Positions 57,785-64,000 of a stretch of 64,000 bases of DNA are shown in pieces. Position numbers and translations under genes: made by a program. The number at the start of each line of letters is the position of its first letter. Within the stretch, counting starts at the first letter, position 1. The notes beneath the pieces were generated by a model. It saw only the letters and a program-made list of their open reading frames with translations. It did no database searches and had not been told where the DNA came from. The stretch lies in contig NW_008246109.1 in the NCBI RefSeq assembly GCF_000281045.1, positions 412,558 to 476,557 on the forward strand, in the 5' to 3' direction. The stretch is from Saprolegnia diclina VS20. Taxonomy: Eukaryota.

Positions 57785-59309
57785 CGCTTCGATGCAAGCT
57801 TCAACGTACTACCTGCAACTCTCAATGCCATCGGTTTCCAGAGGTATTTGAAAATACGCTGGATATTGCTTGGTATGCAGTATCAATGTATCAGCGAGTC
57901 GGAATGGCTGTGCGTGGCCGCCAGGGGGAAGAAGTCAAGCGCGGAAGGTAAGTACCTTGGTGATGGCTCCTGAATAAAAAGTGCACACCGTCGGATCAAG
58001 CAACCAGTTCTGATTTGTTGGTCCAGATTCCAGATGCGCCCGACCAGAGAGTGTTTGGCCCCGTCCAGGATCGCCGTCCCACTCGACGTTGTGCGCTATC
58101 TACTGCGCTCTCTACTGGCTTTTGTAAGCCTCGCCTACGTCGTGTACGACTCGACGTTTTGATGTGCAACTGACCAATGCGAACAGGCTGGCAACAGTCC
58201 GAGGCTTTGTGGAGGCACTTGACGCCATCGTGTGCCTTCCGTTCATCCTGTCGGCGGTCGCGCTGAGCCTCTTTGAAGGAGTTCCGTTAGCGCTGGCGAT
58301 TCGCCGCGAAGAGTTGACAGCGAGCTCTACGGCCGCCGTGGTAGTACTTCCTAATCGTTTGTTGGTTGTTTCGCGGTCGAGTTTATGAGCTTTTTCATCG
58401 CCCAGTAAGTGTGGTTGAGCAGGTACGGAGGAGCCGCGAGTTCGGCGGCCAAAGAGCCCTCTGCAACACCGCCTTCGAGAGGGGTGTCAGCGACACGTCA
58501 GAAGCCCTTGCGACTGGATTCTGGTTTTGCATTGTGAAAGAACTGGACCAGATGTAAAACACCACTCAGTGCTAGCCCACAAATGCCAGTTGCTCATTTG
58601 GTCGAACGATGTGGTGTAAGTAGAAGGCGCTGAGGAAATGACGTTCGATGGACGATTCCCCGCCTTCATCCATGTCCCGACACTCAATAGACGATGCTTG
58701 CGTCCTCTGCACGAGGACACGAACCAAGTTGCTGGACGGAGGCGACCAATCGGAACCCTAGTCGTTACAAAATGGACCAATCGCCAGGGATATCGACGGT
58801 GCGGTGACGTGAGCCCCCCACTTGCCTCATCTCGCGAGGCTGACACAGTCCAACGTACCCCTATGGCACCAAAACGCCAGGAAGAAGCTGCATCCAAGTC
58901 CGCGCTTCACCGCCACCACTACCTCGTCGCTGCTGGTAAGCTGGCCACCCATGCTGAACGAGAGCTCACACTATCTAGCGACTCTCATCGCGGCTTCCTT
59001 GTCGATCGGTGCGACAGCGGGCGCTGTTGCGTTTGCGAGTTTGTCGTCGAATAGTGCTGTGACAATGTCGTCGCATTGGTCGAAAGCTGTATCAACTCCT
59101 ACCATCTCTCTGTGACCTAGCGTGGCGAGTACCCTAACGCGTCCAGTACGAGGTTTTCGAGCTTGAGGCCAATGACACGGAAGCAGCAGCGCCCGCGAAT
59201 TGTACTGTGGTAGCGCCGATGAATTGCACAGGAGTCGCCAATCGAACGGTATTTCCATCGTCGTCCATGCCCGTGATTCTACCGGTCGGCGACTTGATCA
59301 CCGAAAATG

Positions 59310-59804
59310 NNNNNNNNNNNNNNNNNNNNNNNNNNNNNNNNNNNNNNNNNNNNNNNNNNNNNNNNNNNNNNNNNNNNNNNNNNNNNNNNNNNNNNNNNNN
59401 NNNNNNNNNNNNNNNNNNNNNNNNNNNNNNNNNNNNNNNNNNNNNNNNNNNNNNNNNNNNNNNNNNNNNNNNNNNNNNNNNNNNNNNNNNNNNNNNNNNN
59501 NNNNNNNNNNNNNNNNNNNNNNNNNNNNNNNNNNNNNNNNNNNNNNNNNNNNNNNNNNNNNNNNNNNNNNNNNNNNNNNNNNNNNNNNNNNNNNNNNNNN
59601 NNNNNNNNNNNNNNNNNNNNNNNNNNNNNNNNNNNNNNNNNNNNNNNNNNNNNNNNNNNNNNNNNNNNNNNNNNNNNNNNNNNNNNNNNNNNNNNNNNNN
59701 NNNNNNNNNNNNNNNNNNNNNNNNNNNNNNNNNNNNNNNNNNNNNNNNNNNNNNNNNNNNNNNNNNNNNNNNNNNNNNNNNNNNNNNNNNNNNNNNNNNN
59801 NNNN
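59310..59804. other. Assembly gap (N run)
   Basis: Run of N. Confidence 1.
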
Positions 59805-60397
59805 TTTTACCATGACCAAATCTTGGCGACCATTGCGAGTTCGTTCCCTCAGCTTGCACCGCGTGCTCTGCCTGGAACTTAGCCTCTCGAAGTCTCGTGC
59901 ATTTTGCCGAATGAAGCTGTTGAAGGCATTGATCCGTGGTGATGGTCGAGTGCATTGAGCGCACGTCGTTCACTCCTGTGGCTCTTGGTTCGGCCGTCGA
60001 CGCGTGTCAACACTGCGAGTGGCTGTTGCGACTGACGTGGTAAGGCTTATCTGTCGAGTGCGAACGAGACCAGCGTACAAAAGTCAAGCGACCTAACATA
60101 CTATGGAAGGAACGACAACGTCGTAAGTAGTCTTCGGTTACGGCTTTGAGGGTTGTATGATTACACCATCCTTAGACCAAAGATGGCAACGGCAGCTTCT
60201 TAAGCCGCGAACTCGACTTTGCTGACAACTGCTCGGACACTGACACCCTCCAACTGACGGACGGGACGGGGTACTCGACCCTGTTTTTTGGCAACCACCT
60301 CATCGCCTACACGGCCCGTGCTCACTTGCCGATAGGTTGCTCCAGTTGTTAACCGAGTTGCTAGATTTGCTAATCGAGTCGCTATATTTTTCCTTGG

Positions 60398-60565
60398 TTT
60401 TAAAATGTACAGGTCGTATTTTCCATTGGGCAAGGTGCGACTTGCGATCTTTTTATTTGGGATTTGAAAGTTTGAAAAATGGAACCGCGCGGGGATTGGC
60501 TATAAAGGTCAGAATTATACGCCATGGGATTGGCTAAAATCGTGCGACGTATGGCACGCGATTGG
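60398..60565 (+). promoter_or_regulatory. Putative PLK promoter with inverted CCAAT boxes and CHR-like motifs
   Basis: ATTGG at 60425, 60495, 60529 and 60561. TTTGAA at 60463 and 60471. TTTAAA at 60398. Confidence 0.5.
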
Positions 60566-60611
60566 TGGAATAGACGTCCCGGTCTCAATTTTGCCCAGAC
60601 CGAGATCGCCG

Positions 60612-62738
60612 ATGGCAGACGCAACGACGACCGTGGTTGAGCGCTACGTGGACGCGCATGGCGCCGACGCGACGCGGACGTACACGCGCGGCCGCTTCCT
60701 CGGCAAGGTACATGGCTCATGCGCAGGCCACGGCGGCTCAAAGACGTATGCGCTAGGGCGGCTTTGCGCGCTGCTACGAGATGACCGCGCCGGACGGGGC
60801 AACGTACGCGGCCAAGGTCGTCGCCAAAGAGACGCTGCTCAAGCCCAAGGCCAAGATCAAGTTTGCGAGCGAGATCAAGATCCACAAGGCGCTGCACCAC
60901 CCGCGCGTCGTGCAGATGCACCATTTCTTTGAAGACGACGCCAACTGCTACCTCCTCCTCGAGCTGTGCCCCAACCACGTGCGCCGACCTCGCTTGCTCT
61001 GCGCGAACCTCATGGTATGTCGTAGAGCCTCTCGGACTTGATCAAGCGGCGAAAGCGTCTCGCCGAGCACGAAGTCCGCTTCTACATCAAGCAGCTCCTC
61101 GAGGGTATACAGTACCTCCACTCGCAATGTGTCATCCATCGGGACCTAAAGCTCGGCAACCTCTTCTTGACGAGCGACATGCAGATCAAGATTGGCGACT
61201 TTGGCCTTGCGTCGCACCTCGACTCGAAGGCCGAGAAGCGCAAGACGATGTGCGGCACGCCCAACTACATTGCGCCCGAGATCCTCAACGGCGCCCGCAA
61301 CGACGGCCATAGCTTTGAAGTTGACGTCTGGTCCACGGGCGTCATCATGTACACACTCCTAGTCGGGAAGCCGCCGTTCGAGACGGCCGACGTCAAGAAC
61401 ACGTACCGGCTCATTCGCGCCAACACGTACACCTTCCCCGACACGGTCGCGCTCTCGTCGGCCGCGCGCGGGCTCATCATCGACATCCTCCGCCACGACC
61501 CGACGCAGCGCCCGTCGATCACCAGCATCCTCAAGCACCCCTTCTTACGCGATGACAACGTCCCTCGGCACCTCCCCGAGTCGTCGCTCTTTATGACGCC
61601 GCCCCGTCCGCTCGGCGCCAAGCCGGACGCGCCCAAGACGCCGGTGCCGACACCGTCGCCCCACCATGGTACGCCACGTCAGCGTGTCTGTACTGTCGTT
61701 GACAGAGTGTAGACAAGCCGCCGCTGCGGACGCCCCTGCGCACGCTGCACCAGGCCAACCAAGCAGCGCCGGCCGCCCCCGACGTCCTCGAAGCGACGTG
61801 CGAGACGCTGGCGTATCTCATTGCGCTCGACGAAGAGCGAAGGGGCAAGCACAACGCAGAGAACGCGATTTTGAGCACTACCAAGCAGCAGATCCTCCAG
61901 GCCCGCCTCGCAGTGCTGCCGCCACCGCGCGCAGCCCCCCTCTGGGTCCTCCAGTACGTCGACTACACGGCCAAGTACGGTCTCGGCTACGTCCTCTCGA
62001 ACGGGTCGGCCGGTGTCTACTTCAACGACTCGACCAAGATCATCGCAAGCCCGGACGGCAGCACGTTCGACTACGTCGACCGCCTGTACCGACACTTCTC
62101 TCACGGATCCTCCCGTCGCTCAACGATTGACATAGCGACGCGCCGGCCGTCGACTCGCCGCGCACGACGTTTAGCGCAAAGCAATTTGACGCGGCGCTCG
62201 CCAAGAAGGTGACCCTCATGGGGCACTTTCAAGAGTACATGGTACTACTGGCTCTAAGATCTGCGTGGTTCGAAATGCTTATATATTTTTGCAGAAGGAA
62301 GAAGAGCCGACGTGTTCGTCCCGCACGCTCCTGCTCTCGCACCTCGAGAAGCTGCCGCCGCAATTCTGCACGGCGTCGCCCGTGTACATTCGCAAGTGGG
62401 TCAAGACGCGCCATGCGATCCTCTTCCGCCTCACCAACGACACGATCCAAGTCGACTTCTACGATTCGACGCGGCTCGTTTTGGCGCAGGACGGTCTCGC
62501 CATCACGTACACTCTAAGTATATAGCCGTAAAGTCCTCAAAGGGTCTGTAGGTATGTCGACAAGGACGGCACGATGCACGTGCTCTCGACCTACGACGCT
62601 GTGCAGCATCCGGCCAAGACGCCGGACCTCGTCAAGCGCCTCAAGTACACTCCTTCTCGTGGTATGCTCCAAGTTGTCATGCTTGGGTGTAGGTATGTCA
62701 AGGATATGCTGGCGCAAATGGTGAAAGCCAAGGCGTAA
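60612..62738 (+). CDS. PLK: Polo-like kinase (multi-exon)
   Basis: LGKGGFARCYE across an intron, HRDLKLGN and TMCGTPNYIAPE. Polo boxes WV..YVDYTAKYGLGY.LSNG..GVYFNDSTK and KWVKTRHAILFRL....QV.F.D. Confidence 0.96.
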
Positions 62739-63690
62739 GTATAAGTTCTGTAGTCACCCCGCTATAATATATACAGTGCTATTTTGCTACTCTAGTCTAG
62801 CAATGGAAGTAAATACGAATAATCGTAGTTTGGACAAGAACCGACGCTGTTGGACGGGCTGTCGACAGGAAAAGGGCGCATTTGATTCGGTTATCTCAGT
62901 AGTAGGAAAATTCAGCTAGTGGCTCCACGGAAATCACCCCGATCTGCCTTACAGAGAAGTATAACTCAGTGGTATCATACTCTGTGTTTGCATCACGTCT
63001 ATTTTGTGAAATATAAATTTCACAGGTAAGACTTTACCTACTAATGAGTTAATCTCACTATTGCAGCTGGCCGCGTATAGCTACAAATCAACGGAATCTA
63101 GATGCGCTGTGATCTCCACGCTGCCAAAGTGTCCAAATTTGGCAGTAGCAAATCACCGGTCTGCAACGTCGCATGTCTCATGCAGACCTGCGAAAAATGA
63201 TATTCCCTTCCACACTGGATTCGACGACCAGAGACTCGACAACCTCGGTCCTGGATTTACGACCACTTCTCTTCGGCGCTGGGTGCCGTCTGGTTGGATG
63301 GGCAGTGGATAACCATGCCATTACGAGTTTGTATCCAGGCACTTGGATATATCCAAAACAGCTATCCAAAGCTGCTTTACCAGTGGCTCGACCGCACGCT
63401 CTTAGGACAAGCCCACAGAGTCATCGCGTGGAGGATTTTTCGTTCTCGACGATAGAAGCAAGAGCAAATTTACGTCTCTGAATCAGTGAAGTTTTTGTGA
63501 ATTAATGAAATTGGCAGCATCGATTTTTATGGATTTTCGTTGCACACGTGGATGATTCAACAAGAAATCCCACTCTCTGCAACGTCCACCGCAGTGACCA
63601 TCACCGACGACCGTGTCCTGTCCAGCGTCTCCAACGTCTCAGAGAATGAACCTCACTTTTCAATCTTCAAACTCAAACGCAACACCAAGT

Positions 63691-63921
63691 ATGCTCCACC
63701 TCTTCTCAACGATGAAGACGCAGTCCTCCACGACCGCGTGGTCTAAGGCCCGCAAGTCCATCGTGCGCGCCAACGCCGGCGTCAAGCGCAGTATCACTCT
63801 GCCACCTCTCCCGCACCCACCGACGCTCGTGGGCGGCCGCCTCGTGCCCTTCCAACGCGCCGCGCAGAGTCCTCGGACGCTCGGCCCGATCCTCGAAGAA
63901 GACAGTTTCGTGAAGGTCTAG
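63691..63921 (+). CDS. Small basic hypothetical protein (76 aa)
   Basis: ATG ORF preceded by the INR/FPR-like CTCACTTTTCAATCTTC near 63652. Ends LGPILEEDSFVKV. Confidence 0.45.
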   Translation: MLHLFSTMKTQSSTTAWSKARKSIVRANAGVKRSITLPPLPHPPTLVGGRLVPFQRAAQSPRTLGPILEEDSFVKV

Positions 63922-64000
63922 ACGGCAGCCAAGACAATTCGTAGCTAGTACTATTTATTTGCGAAAAGCAACAACGATCGCAGTTGAGCTTACGTCCCAA

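Noticed and set aside
3017..59973. ORFs made long by poly-X stretches
   Set aside because: These are artefacts of translating across N-gaps.
57980..60250. Gene-poor region around a gap, possibly a decayed element
   Set aside because: No recognisable RT, integrase or transposase motifs or terminal repeats were found by eye.

Overview
Gene-dense, GC-rich eukaryotic DNA with very short (about 42-50 nt) spliceosomal introns, oomycete-type INR/FPR core promoters and six assembly N-gaps. The gene content and style suggest a Saprolegniales oomycete (inference). Recognisable housekeeping genes are Cwc21, PFK-2/FBPase-2, an RRM protein, a CAMK-type kinase, an MFS sugar porter, two RSPH10B-like MORN paralogs flanking a divergent ABCG pair, CDP-DAG synthase, a PX protein, PUS10, MOT1/BTAF1 and a polo-like kinase. 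The most notable observations are five. (1) A roughly 15-kb cluster (31.0-46.0 kb) of nine intronless single-pass membrane proteins sharing a 10-Cys ectodomain, several with Gly/Tyr-rich tails ending FGGDF, interleaved with two tail-anchored PDZ-like proteins and an F-box-like/LRR gene. (2) A 1.07-kb hAT element with a BED-finger remnant whose right end preserves a hairpin-type footprint of an aborted excision. (3) A 13-bp palindrome, TATCAA(G/C)TTGATA, seen four times, always inside short introns of unrelated genes. (4) An in-frame TAG inside Cwc21. (5) A polo-kinase promoter with CCAAT boxes 32-34 bp apart and CHR-like TTTGAA motifs. Multi-exon gene coordinates are outer limits read by eye, and no database searches were run.
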